Shown in pieces: positions 1 to 12,737 of a stretch of 64,000 nt of DNA. Under the pieces are notes generated by a model, which had not been told where the DNA came from, searched no databases, and saw only the letters and a list, made by a program, of their open reading frames with translations. This stretch comes from Raillietiella orientalis (lineage: Eukaryota). How positions within the stretch are numbered: position 1 is the stretch's first letter; every line of letters starts with the position of its first letter. The position numbers and the translations under genes were made by a program. The stretch spans positions 4,092,001 through 4,156,000 of the forward strand of contig JAYWIR010000012.1 in NCBI GenBank assembly GCA_036172245.1. Reading direction: 5' to 3'.

Positions 1-301
1 AACGCCCAGAGGACCCCAAGGGGTTCACAATGATCCCTTCCTTCGTCCATTCTCATCTTTTTGCAATCTTTTTCTTCTTCTTTAATGGCCTTTGAACAGA
101 TGCACTTCCATTCCCACCCTTCGCTTTCCCTGTGCGTCACTCGCGAGCGGCAGAGCCTCCAGATCCGTAAGGGTGAAGAGGAAGATCAATTCCATCAAGA
201 AAGATGATCGACTCTGCATGGCTGGTTGACTATAAACAAGTGAAATTTTTACTTAATTTTTTTTTTTTTTTTTACAACAAACGTCCCGGCGTGACTGGGT
301 G
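1..301 (+). mobile_element. 3' end (stop region and 3' UTR) of an L1/Tx1-like LINE
   Basis: CAATGATCCCTTC plus a T-rich tract match the ORF2 stop region of the copy at 2233 (-). It ends in AACAAACGTCCCGGCGTGACTGGGTG (276-301), the terminal motif shared with copies at 20608, 21270 and 23301. Confidence 0.65.
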
Positions 302-479
302 GAAATACACGTGCCAGTCAGCCCTGCAGCAAGACATTGACGAAATCCGGCCGGCAGGCCCACCCTCTCCTGGCTTTTTCTTGAGCTTCCCGATGGAGAG
401 GAGATGGTCACTCCCACCGTGCACGGCTTGCCGAGGAGCCCTTGCTCCTCCTCCCTAGCGCTGGCGCGCCTTCAATCAG

Positions 480-770
480 CGAACGCTGCGAGGAGTCCGC
501 GCCGGAATCTCTGCGAGCTCGTTGGCGGTGTTAGGGAGAAATACCGCCAGTGGGAAGCTGAGGGGGTGGAAAGCGCCAGGGGAGCAACCTGCTTGCAGAG
601 CTTTCCCAGTGCTTAGCACCATAGCGCTGACCACGCTGGAGCACTTTCCGTGCACTCTGATTCGCGAAAGAGGCAAGGTGACCACCTCCTTCCAATCAGT
701 AAGAGTAGGTCTCTCATCCAAAGGGGGGAAAGGGGGGATTATTACTGTCCTTCCAACGCCCATCTCGGCG
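480..770 (+). mobile_element. decayed LINE ORF2 fragment (N-terminal reverse transcriptase region)
   Basis: The translation contains GWKAPG and GGIITVLP, resembling the KAPGxDG and GxITLIPK motifs of non-LTR RTs. Confidence 0.5.
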
Positions 771-2124
771 GCATGGTTCCGTGCCCCTGTCGGAGAGCGG
801 TTATGGCGCCTCAACAATCTTGGCGGTTCAGGCAGTCCTGCGGTCAGGGGGATGCCAGTGACTTGGCCTCACGTTGGGGGACTTCAGTCCAGCAGAAGTC
901 TGATCCAGCAGTCTCCGGAGGTTCTCAATCTGATCCTGGACGGCAAGCTGCTCTCTAGCCGGAACGGACCGCAGGTGACCTTCGCCACCCTCCTCCTCCG
1001 ACCCCTGGTCATTGTCTGTCCCACATCCCCGAGTGCTGCAATACAGTCCACGGTGACCGCTGCTCACGAGCAGCGGTCACCGTCCTGCTGTTCTACCCCT
1101 CCCCCTCCTTCCCGCAAGCTGGAGATCGCACAGACACCCACCGTCTCGCTCCTCTTCTGCGACTAGTAGCGCCGAAGAGCATTTCCGGATACGGCAATCC
1201 GCTTTCTCACGCTGCCTACCTACGCGAAGAGAGATGAAGAGAAAAAGGACATCACCCGAAGAATTCATTCCCGCTTTTTTTCTCGCCATCGGGAGTGCCC
1301 ACAAAAAGTACCATCTTTGTGTGGTGGACTGAGCTAGGCGCGGCGGTTGCAGCCTGGCCCTACGGGAAGGAGGCGAACCACGCGCATCTGCCGCCGCTAT
1401 GCCTTGCGCTGCGGTCTCCCCTCCCCTGTCCTCTCCCTACAGCCGCATAAACCTGCGGGTCTCCAGGCGTCCCCCCACCTCCCTTCGCTCCTGCCAAACT
1501 GGCTCCAGGTTTCCGCAGCGGTGAGGAACGCTTCGACGCGACGGACAGCGAAGAGGAAGAGGACGTCGAGGGAGAGGGACTGTCGAACACGGCGATACTC
1601 GCGTCCTGCGGATGAGGGGAGGCAATCCAGCAGCACACTGTAGCCGCGAATTTCTTGCAGTAGATCGAAAGACCACAAGGTGGCGGCTACGTCCCATCTC
1701 TCGCCGTCATCTCTCAGTCCGTTGACGTTTCAACAGGCGATTCCCTGCAGTAAGGCTGGGAAGGTGGAGTGCTAGCATCCGTTGCTTAAGAGGGCGGGAT
1801 GCTGCCGGGAAGGATGAGGCACCTGAGGCATCTGTGAGGCCTCCATCCCTTCCACCCTCTCCTCTTCCGCGTGTGAGCGTGGGACTTTCTCGGGGGGCGA
1901 GTCCTGCGTTCCTACTCTCATCGCACTATCGCTTCCAGAGACAGGCTCTTCCCCTTCGACGGGGTAGATTCTCCTCTTCGGAGTCGTGGATTTGTGTCCA
2001 GAATTTCTGCGGGGTACTACGGCGGCACAAGATGCTCTTCCTGCTTTCACGTAGGAGTCCGAGATCTCGCTACTCATTGGAAGCTGGACGCCTCGAGTCC
2101 TTCTTTGAGGCTTTAGATTGACAC

Positions 2125-2830
2125 CTGGTTGTGCTGGGATTCGCCTCGGCAACGAGAGGGGGGGAGGGATAAACAAAAACGAAAATAAAACAAAACAAAA
2201 AAATATAGTCAAAAAATGGGGGGGCTGAGAAGGGATCATTGTGTGCTGGAGGGCGTCTGGCATCCTTGTGATGATGCCGGCAAGTTTCTGTTTCGAGGCT
2301 CCCAGATGGGGCCATCTTGACGCTATCCTCATGGATAGGGCAGCAGACTTGCTGGTGTCCCTGTCTTTCTGGTCTCCTCTGGAGTTGCTTCATGCAGCCA
2401 CGGTCGCACCACAGCGAAGTGCTGCCAGAGATGCGGCTGGCGTGAGGGAGCCGCGCGAGGATAGGCGCTTCAGAACGTCTCTGGGGTTGCCCTCGGGGTT
2501 CCGTAGAGACGTGGCAAAGCGTTCCCGCAAGGAGAGGAGGACAACACAATCCAGGAGCAGGTGAAGGGGGAGGGACTTTCTTTCTTCTCACCTGCCGCAG
2601 TTGAGACTCGTACTTCCCCAGGTCCAGTGGTGTCGGCGAGTGTTACACGGGAGGTCTTCCAATGCTGCAGCAGGATAGCCGACTCCGCCACTTTAGGGGG
2701 AAGGTAGCACTGCTCCAGAACGCTAGGGGCTACTGCACCTCCTCCGGAAAAATTTGTAGCAGCTCGCCCCAGCGTAGCAGTCCTTTTGGAGGGACACTAG
2801 GCGTGGCAACGTCCGCCATCTCACGAGTTG
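2125..2830 (-). mobile_element. 5'-truncated L1/Tx1-like LINE, ORF2 C-terminus and partial 3' UTR
   Basis: Homologous to 21270-22085: PPKGLLRWG, PLKW, RWPHL..KQKLAGII, then a stop and T-rich UTR. Frameshifted. Confidence 0.7.
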
Positions 2831-4329
2831 TCCACGCACGTGGTGGAACGTGGAAGAACCACGTATTCCACCACAAAAATGTTTTCTTTATTTTTTGTGT
2901 GTACAAGGAATTCCTTGGAAAAGACGGGTGGAAAACTGGGAGCTGCATGTTTCCCAACGGAAAGCACCCTTGGCCTTCAGCAGCCCAGTTTGCCGCTCCA
3001 CCGGGGACGCGCATCCCGCGAGGCGCCCGGCATCGGAGCTGACCCTCCGAAACCGCGCGTTCGTGGGGAAGACTCCCAGAGAGCTTGCATCGCGGCAAAG
3101 CCCGCCGGTAGGAGATGCAGAGGACGCCACTGGGCCAGATGAGGCGCACGGAATCCGATCCCGGTACCGTGTTCTGCTAACGGAGCATCCCGCCACGGAG
3201 GTGCCGATTTCCCCCGGAGCTTCCGGACGGCTGATCTAGTCTCCGAGCATTCTCCAGATCTTTGTCTCGGGGTCCTTTCTAGGCGGAACCAGATCCATCC
3301 CCGTCCTGGCAGGTCGCGTTCGTCCTCGTCTCCCCGCCCTCGAACCTAGGTGGTCATCGAGGACCACGTGACCGATGGAGTCGGGCATTCCAGGCTACTT
3401 CTCCCAACGGATTCGCGTCGCTGCGCACGCACTCTGGGTTTTCGGGAGCAGACTCAGGAACTGCGCCTCATCCCTCAGCAGGTAGACATGGAAGTTTTTC
3501 ATCCGGTCACGGCGAGGATCGACTCCGTCGATCCGCAATTGGCACGGTTCGAGAATGCGATCCTTCTGGCAACGAGGGTGCCGGTGCTCGTCTCACTGAA
3601 ATCCACCGTGGAGGAACACTAGCAGTACGGCCTGTTTCCAGAAGAGTGAGAACATCGAACCGTCGAAACAATGGGGAGAGACCACAAGTTCTTCAGAGGC
3701 GACACTCAAAAGTTCGCTCCACCGAAGCAGTCCCATTGCCAAAGCACGCGGAGTAGCAGCATCCTCCAGCTCGCGCGTCTTCCAGTCGCCAAGGAGTTTT
3801 GCTGTTCCCGCGATGGTTCAGGAGAACTTCCACCTCGCCGATCGGCTACTGTCGTCGCTAGCTCTGAGGGCGGACAGCGCTGCAGGGAGGAGCGTGGCGA
3901 CCATGATCGACCACTTCACTACTTCCAGAGGTTGTTGCAACAGATGTTGCAGAAAGACAAAGATCCTGAGGATGCACTCCCTGAAATGCAGCCTAGGACC
4001 CCAAAGTCTCCTGCTGTCAAGCATTGTAGACGGACATGGAAGTCCTCTGCTAGGAGACGCGTCGTTCAGAGGAAGAAGTCGCAACCGTTCCTTCCCCCAA
4101 GCATTCCGAAGAGTTTACCCCGTTTCGATGTGGTCGGGATTTACAGGGGGCGTAGAGCTTTGCTGCGTATGACGGGGTCTGTTGAGTCAGGTCACTGCAG
4201 TCCAAGCTGTCCCACCCGACCGTTTCCTTCGTCCGTACGAACGTGTTGCATCGCCTGACTTCCGCGCCGCTCAAGGGAGGAATGCGACCCCTCTCACGTG
4301 CGCGCAGCCGCATTTCAACTCGAGGTTTC

Positions 4330-4491
4330 CTCTCGAGAATGGTCCGACCTCGCGAGCCGCCTGCAGAGAGAGGTTTCCCATCCCTCACTTCCTGCGGAAG
4401 CCGAGGATGGAAACTTCTCGGCGGTGCCGCCATCGCACGCATCTTCGCGTCCGCCCCCAGCCCCCATGCCGTTGATGTCGCACACAGCCAT
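4330..4491 (-). mobile_element. decayed LINE ORF2 start (APE endonuclease N-terminus)
   Basis: MAVCDINGMG..AK, then HPRLPQE in a shifted frame, resembling the NxNG and LQE motifs of APE endonucleases. Confidence 0.45.
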
Positions 4492-4517
4492 GAGAACCGT
4501 CCACAAGGAAGAACCGT

Positions 4518-4810
4518 CCTCCCCTTGTACCTGGGAAGGTACAAGGGGAGGCGGGAAAAACTGGCGAAGGTTCCCTTCCCAGTTTGAGAAGCTGCCTGTT
4601 TTCCGGGCTTTCCACGCGGCCAGAGGAGAACCCCTCTGGCCGCGTGGAAAGGGGCGGCCGCAAGCGGGGCTGTTGCTCCCGTGGTGTTCGTGCCTGCATC
4701 GAGGCCGTCCAGGCCGTGGGAGCCCCTTTGCCTATTCGTCCTCCGAAGGGTCGGAAGGGTGGGTTGAGCACGCTTCCCGACCGGGTGAAAACTCCCCCGA
4801 GGGTGTGCCG
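4518..4810. repeat. cluster of long inverted repeats (hairpins)
   Basis: Perfect 15-bp stem at 4518-4551, bulged 12-bp stem at about 4558-4585, perfect 19-bp stem at 4608-4651, and further imperfect stems to about 4810. Confidence 0.85.
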
Positions 4811-6422
4811 TACCTTTCTCTCCCCTTCTCCCCACTTTTCTCTTAACATTCCGTCTTGTGAGGCTTCCGGAGGAGGGGCAATGTGCTTCCTTGTTGTTAT
4901 CACTTCATCTGGCCCGTATGCGTGAGCAGGAACGGGAGTTTCTACAGCCTTTCTTCTTTGGAATGGTACGGAAACCCCGCGGCACCCTGGCTCACGAAAT
5001 CTCAGAAGGCGTGGCGCTCTGTGCTCAACAAATCGTGACTTCCGCAGCGCAGGGAGTCGTGGATGCTCATCGGATCAGCGAGAGGAGACGATTCCTTCGC
5101 TCTCTCTGCCCCTTAATGGGATACTTCCAGAGACTGTGACCCTAGTCTTGCTAGACAGCAACACGTCCTAAGTGTGTGGGGATACAGTAGACACGCCCTC
5201 GGGGAAAAAACTGTCCGTCCACTTCCCTATTCTCTTCCCTCTGCACGGAATTGCCAGCGAGGAACGTGGGTGAGGATGACTTTGGTACCTTCATCCGACC
5301 CTCCCAGCTGCAGGAGGGATGCGGGATGAAAGTCAGAGCAGGGTACAGTCTACCTCCTGAGGATTTTTCCTCTAGGATAGAAAAAAGGGAAGACACGGTG
5401 AGAAGGATCTAGCAGCATGTGGAGCCAGCTGCGCTTCCTGTGGACGTAGGGGGCGCAGAAGAGCTTTCCCGTTCCCCTAACGGGCATCACCATCCCTCTC
5501 TGAAACTTCCTCTTTCGCGATTGACAACGAGGGAAACGACCCAGCTTAGCAGCCGCCGTGGGGTGTTTCTTCTCGTGGAGCCAACGGACAGATGGCAGTC
5601 GAGGCAGCCCCCTGGCAATCCGGGAAGACGGCGCCTCCCTGTTTAGGGAGAGTCTCCTCCTGGAGGGAAGCCGCGTTCCGTCCCCCTCTGCCGACCGATG
5701 CGCACCAATCGTTCCAGCCAGATTTAAGGGAACTCAGGGACGACGCTCTTCTGAAAAGGACCAAGAGGGCAGGAAAGAGAAGAAGCGGAGATGTTCCGAA
5801 CGATATCCCCAATCCTTTTTCTTCCTCCCCAAGGAGTCCCTCTTGGACACCGACGAGCCACCTTCATCACAGGGGAGCGCTTTCAAGAAAAGTGGGTGCT
5901 TCGGAGAAGAGATTCAGAAGACGGCGGACCCCAAAGCATCCTTAGAAAAGGGCCCATCTTCTGGATCATCTACAATTGAGATGGGAGTGGGGAGAGGAGT
6001 GAAAAGGATAGGGTGGAATTAGAACAAGAGATCCCTGGACACAGGGCATTGCCTCATCCTCTCGGGTCCAGGAGCCACGCGGGAAGACAAGCGGTGACTA
6101 AGAGAGGCCAAGCTGCTTTAGGCATGGCACCGCGAGCAACAGGGATGCTCCCGGACACATTGCGTGTTTTCTTTCGACATCCCGTTTATTTGCGGAACAC
6201 CGGAGTGAATGGGACTTGGCCAAGAACAAAACTTTAGGTAACCAGAGAGGTAGAGATGTGCCCGCGAAGCAGCAGCAAAGGTTCCACGGCCGGAAATTCC
6301 ACAGGATGGACTTTCACGAACCAGAGAAAATGACCCATCGTTTCGGAAGGGTACTGTTTGCAAAACCACCTTTCAAAGAATCTTAGACAGGGGTTGACAC
6401 GCGGTAAGATCGCTGCGATCGA

Positions 6423-9400
6423 CTAAGCCTCTATTTCCAGGATAAGATCGTCTCCTTCCAGCTTCATGTTCTTCTGAGCTAGTATCGATTTCACCTTCCC
6501 GGAAATTGGGGACTGCACAACCATCTCCATCTTCATGGCACTCAGAACCACAACCGGGGATCCTTTCTGGACCATATCCCCAACGTTCACCTTGACTTCC
6601 AATACGGTGCCCGGCATAGGTGCACCTACGGAGCCTTTGTCCTCCGGATTAAATTTCGGATGGACGTGCACCGTTTTTTCTGCGGATCTGTCTTTTATCA
6701 TCACCGATCGCAGCTGACCGTTGAGTTCAAAGAAGACTTCTCTCTCTCCCGATGCATTCAAATCATCGGAGATGGCAAGCGTCTTGAAGGCCAACGTCTT
6801 CCCTTTCTCGATGGTGACCTGAAACGATTGAAATGTTTTGTCCGGTGGACGCCAGTCCTCGCAAACTGCAATCACAGCCAAAGAGCAGCAGCTTACTTCG
6901 AATTCTTCCGCCACCTTGGGCCCCGAAAAAAATATGCGAGTGTTCAATTTGTCCACCGGTCCGTATTTTTCACGAAAAGCAAAAAACTCTTCAGCAATCT
7001 TGGGGTATAGAGAAAAGCTCAAAACATCATATTCAGTAACCTTCGTGCCAAATCTCTCGATTAAGTAGTCTTTTTGATTACTGAAATCAAAGGGCTCCAT
7101 GGATTCACCAGGTCGACCTACAATCCTGGGCATCCCCTTGAGAATCTAATGGCAAAAAAAGGAAAAATATCACGTGCTAACGCAGGATGATATTAATAAA
7201 CAACCTTCGATCGCAAGGGTTCCGGGAATCCGCCGTACGGTTCTCCCAAATATCCCTGCATAAATTCAATGACCGACTTTGGAAAACTGAGCTCCTCTGC
7301 ATGTTCTTCCACATCTTTGGCAGATAACTTATTCTGTACCATAAACTGAGCAAGATCACCGACAACTTTCGATGTCGGTGTCACCTGCAGTAGAGTATCA
7401 TCAATGTTTGGTGGACACCATTTGAATGACCTTAATAAGATCTCCCAGGAGTATGTTTGCTTCGTGGTAAGTCTTTTTGATTTCCTCAAAATACTGGCCT
7501 AGTCCTAGGGAGAAGGCTTGAAACTGCAGATTGGTGTACTGGCCCCCAGGGATCTCGTTAATGTAAACATCGGCGTTTCCAGATTTCATGGTTACAGTGC
7601 TTTCGAAGGGAGCATACAAGGTGCGCACCTGCTCCCAATAAGCAGAATACTTGCTGATGGTGTCCAGTTTTATTTCTGTGAAAGAGCTCCATTATCCCAT
7701 TATCTTTAATCCCAATTTACCTGTGTCCAGAGGACTGCCTTGAAGACTAGCAACAATTGCACCCATGCTGGGCTGTGAGGTCATTCCTGACATGGAGTCT
7801 ACTGCTACATCAACAATATCCACAGAAGCATCAGCGCAATTGAGCATAGCAGCAACTGCTGCTCCAGCAGTGTCATGGGTATGGACATGTATTGGCACAT
7901 CAGGGTATCTGTCTCGAAGAGCTCGCATCAACATTGTCGCTGCTCTTGGTTTCAACAATCCTGCCATATCCTAACATAACACATCCTTCAAGTGAAGCAA
8001 GATCAACAGGAATGAAACACACCTTTACACAAAGAATATGAGCACCTGCTTTTACCACTTCATCAGCCAAATTAAGGTAATACTTGAGAGTGTACTTGGT
8101 GCGCTGTGGATCAGAAATATCGCCTGAGTAGGAGAGAGCAGCTTCCACTACTCCTCCTGCCCTGCCAGCAGCATCGATTCCCAAAATAATGTTGGGCAGA
8201 TAGTTGAGGGAATCAAACACTCTGAATATGTCCACTCCACATTGTTTTGCCAATTCACAAAACCTGTACCCCAATAAATTTTTTTTTTCTTTCTCCAGTT
8301 GTATATACAGTGTGAAATACCTACTTATAAACAACATTATCAGGATAGCTTGTATAACCCACAGCATTTGCTCCTCTCAAAAGCATTTGAAAAGGAATAT
8401 TGGGAATGAGCTTGCGCATTTCTTCCAGTCGTTCCCAAGGGCATTCTTTCAGGAAACGTAGGGCTACATCAAATGTAGCGCCACCCCAGTTTTCCAAGCT
8501 AAACAACTGAGGGAAGCTGTGTGACACAAAACTGCAAATTTTCAACAGATCATAAGAGCGCACACGGGTGGCTAGCAGAGACTGATGAGCGTCACGGAAG
8601 GTCGTGTCCATCAGTAAAAGCTGACTGCAGTTTCTAACTTCTTTAGCAAATCTTTCAGGATTGCTTTGCATTAAAATGTCCCTCATCCCCCGAGGTGGAA
8701 ATGTTTCTTATTAGGTGCCTTTGTATCAGAACAATTAGATGAAAGTTTGCATACCTGAAGATGGGGGAACGGTAATTTTTATGTCACTTGGCTTTAAATT
8801 AGTAGCCAGGGTAAGACAAGGTCCATTCACAAGTACATCTCCAAGAAAGTTCAGCAGTTTTTGTGCTCGGTTTTGAGATGGAGTAAAGTGAAAAAGATCA
8901 GGATGATCATCAATGAAATAAGTATCAATTGTACCAGCTAAAAATTTCTTGTTGTTCAGCACATTTACTAAAAATGGAATATTGGTCTGGAAAAACAAAC
9001 AGCCAATAATCAGATCAAGGTTTTTTGGTTTTTGTTTTTGTTTGGGGACAGGGGAACTTTAACAAACCTTGACTCCACGGATGCGAAATTCTACCAAAGA
9101 ACGCATCATCTTATGTGCTGCCCGGTGCAAATCAGAAGCATGAGCTATAACCTTGACCAGCAGAGAATCGTAATATGGAGAGATTATAGCACCTTGAAAT
9201 GCTGAAGCCCCATCCAGTCGAATACCCATTCCTTCTCCACTGCGGAAAACCTTCCATGTGTTTAGTCCACACGAGTTGAGCAAATGACTTACTTCAATTC
9301 TGCCAACATCAGGCTGAAAATTCTTTGCTGGATTCTCTGTAGTGATGCGACACTGAATAGCACAACCGCGTGATTCAATTTTTTCCTGAATTAACCCTAA

Positions 9401-10934
9401 ATCTTTCAAGGTATTTCCTTCTGCTATCTGGATTTGAGACTGCACAAGATCAATGCTACTTTTCATTGGGACAGAGATATAATCGGAATAATACTGATTA
9501 CCCAGTAATCTCCTCTGTGACTGTGTGCTCCACTTGCAAACGAGCATTCACCTCAATAAAATAATGCTCTCCGTTTTCATCCAGAAGAAATTCTACCGTC
9601 CCTGCATTCTCATACCCAACAGATTCAGCTAACCTGACTGCATCACTGGTGAGTTTACTCCGTGTCTAAATTCAAACTGAAACATTAGCTCAATTAAATA
9701 TTCTCACCTCCTCTGAAAGATTAGGGGCAGGTGCAATTTCAACAACCTTCTGGTGCCGTCTTTGAACAGAACAGTCTCTTTCGTACAAATGCACAACATT
9801 TCCTTCCTTATCTCCCAAAATTTGCACTTCAATGTGGCGAGGCCTTACGATGAACTTCTCCACGAATACTGTACCATCCCCAAAGGCAGATAAAGCTTCA
9901 CTGCTAGCTCTCTCAAAGCTCTCTTGCACATCCTGAGGGTGCAGATGCTACTTCTTCCCAAGGAAGAATGCTCTGCCACCTCCAACTTGTGAACAACACG
10001 CATGCCCCTTCCTCCTCCTCCTGCAGCAGCTTTGAAAATTACTGGCAATCCATGTTCCTCACAAAATTCTTTCATCTCATCGAAAGTGCTGATGGCCTTA
10101 TCTGTTCCAGGTACAACACGAACTCCTACATGAAATTATTCTTTTTCAAAAATTCAACACTGATGAGGGTTTTCAGTGATACAAAAACATAAGGAAATCA
10201 AATTCTTTTGCATAAAATGCTACTTCAACTTGTGAAAAAATTACCAGCAGCTATAGCTGATTTTCTAGCTTCCACTTTATCCCCCATTCTTTGCATGACA
10301 TCAGGAGATGGCCCAATAAATCTGATACCATTATTGATGCACTCACGAGCAAAAGCTGCTCTTTCTGACAAAAAACCATATCCAGGATGGATTGCATCCA
10401 CATCACATTCCTATAAATGACAGAATCTGCCTTACATTAGGTCTGAACTTGCATAAATCTGCAACTGGTGAAATTCAACTTTAGATGGCAGCATTATTAG
10501 CAAACATGTGGCTAGCATTATCTGAAAATCTGTAAACTGGAATTCTTTACTTTTGCAATTCTGATGATGTCTGCAATGCATAGGTATGCCTCCACTGGTG
10601 CTAAACCTTTTCCAACCAAATAAGCTTCATCAGCTTTCAACCTATGCATGTGCATTTTATCTTGCTCTGAATAGATTGCCACAGACTGGATTCCCAATTC
10701 CGAACATGCTCTGAAAACTCTCACTGCAATCTCCCCTAGAAGAAAAAGGGTTCTGCAAAATTTGGCTCTTAGTAAGCAATCTCATTCACCTCTATTAGCT
10801 ACGAGAATTTTATTAATTCTAGTGCATCTTGAATTTCTGAAGAATCGGCTGCTTGCATAAAGATGCTTTGGCTGAAGCCATGCTTGTGTTGGCAATTTAA
10901 GGCATTTGTAGCCACAGAGCAAAGTCCAATACAT
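6423..10934 (-). CDS. PC: pyruvate carboxylase, mitochondrial (16 coding exons, 1183 aa)
   Basis: Exons 10790-10934, 10551-10735, 10245-10410, 9980-10125, 9708-9932, 9502-9665, 9293-9455, 9068-9250, 8755-8986, 8325-8706, 8023-8263, 7721-7970, 7431-7675, 7205-7384, 6897-7145 and 6423-6818 total 3552 nt, all GT-AG. Motifs: [45 protein letters not shown] and the biotin site AMKM. The N-terminus resembles a targeting peptide. An upstream in-frame ATG exon (11048-11061) is possible. Confidence 0.96.
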
Positions 10935-12714
10935 TTTGCATCTATTCGCAGTGACAGCCCTAAACGGTTAGCAATAATGAGAAATCTTAAAATTGAGAGC
11001 ACTGCTTCCAAATCGTATTAAGAAATCGTTTCGGGTATTATGCATACTCTGTTGTCTCCATTTTTTTTTTTTTTTGTTTGTTTTTGGATTATGGCAGCAA
11101 CTATTGCGACTTCAGGCCTTTATTGTTACAACAAAATACCTATTGTTATCATTTTCCGATCAGATTCGGCCCTTTCCCGCAGCCGAACCTTTTAGCACTG
11201 AAACACACAGTTTCTAAGAAATTGAGATCGTCTGAAGACATTTCGCTAGTTTGGTTCTGGATAGGAAAAGTGTACGGGAACCTCTTGTGCGTGCTGGTCA
11301 GACGAATCAGACGCGAAAGAATGGATATTCCACCATGCCGAACAAACATGCACGCCCTTAATATGGAATCAGTCCTGTGCTTTTACTCTATTTCCTGAAT
11401 CGCTTTTCAGCTACGAATTCCGTTCCTCTTTCCCCCCCCCTATTATGCAAGAAGAAACACAGCCGTGTTTCTTCTTTTATTGAGTGTACGCTTCTCCAGA
11501 GTGTGTGGTTTGGATGAGAGTCCTGTGTGGAGGAATTCCTCCCATCCCATGTTGAGCTACCATCGTATTTGAATACGAGCTCATGCCATCTTCCTGAATT
11601 CGTATGGCATCTTGGCAGCATCAGGCACTTTCACGTTCCCGCCGTGGACCCGACTCCGGGAGAACCTCCAGAAATTTCTGCCTCTCTGTGTCAGCAGGCA
11701 GCTGCAACCCGCACTGTACGATGGACGTTTTCTCTTAAAACTGAATTTCACGACGATCAATAATTTGCATATTGCCTCCTTTGAAGAAGAAAAAAAAAAC
11801 GCCCTAGGAAGCTGACTGATGTATCTATCTAACACAAACACAGAATCATATACGTACCGAAACAATGCGGAGTGATTCACGTGCTTAAAAAGCGAGCGTA
11901 AAAACGAAGCAAGTGCCACTGATTCCAAGAGAAATCCAAGCAAAGGACCAACAGATCTCATTCGGGAAGGTGGTGTGTGTGGGAAACTGCCTAAACTGCA
12001 CCCGAGTCTTGGTAATCTCTCCTAGACTAGCTTTGGTAAAGTTGTACGAAGTCATTCTGATTAAGCGAGCAAAACCAAAGTCTGATGGGATTTGAAAAGC
12101 TTACAGATACACAGGGCAAAGACTATTCAGAGCAGACAGAAACCTCTCAAAGAATCCTCTGGCATCGGAAATGGACCGATTTTTATTTGGTACTCCGCAC
12201 ATGTTCTGCCAGGAAACGAAATCTTCAAGCCTTTGAAATGAAAAATCCCTTCCAGATTAATCCCATTTGTATTACAAATATCGAAGAGGAACACAGGAGA
12301 GAAGAAAACAAACTTCGTTTGTTTACCTTTTTCCCGTTTTCCCAAATGGATCGAAAATCTACTTTGGAATGAAATCTTTGGATGGAATGTTGAGAAGCAC
12401 TACGAGAGTATACGTGGCAAACGGAGTCTTAGTGCATGGACGGACAGGAAACTTCCACTGGAAAGATCTTCTGCATAAAGCACTGAAAGCAACCAATGCT
12501 GCGTGTGTTGCATTTTGCTTTTACAGAGCACTCGCAAGAATTCGTTCGAAATTCGTGAGTCTGTTGCAGACTGAAGAATGGCAGGGGTCCAAGGAAAGTT
12601 TGCAACACAGAAAGTATTTACAATCCGAAAATAATTTAGCATTCTGATAGCTGTAAGAAGAATCCAGTTGAAACAAGGGTCCGCTCCGTACGGTTTTCAG
12701 GAAAAAAAAAAAAA

Positions 12715-12737
12715 ACACACACACACACACACACACA
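12715..12737. repeat. (AC)n microsatellite next to a poly-A run
   Basis: Direct reading of the sequence. Confidence 0.9.

Noticed and set aside
11449..11478. 12-bp hairpin followed by T residues, terminator-like
   Set aside because: Eukaryotic context, an isolated occurrence, and no Helitron CTRR end.
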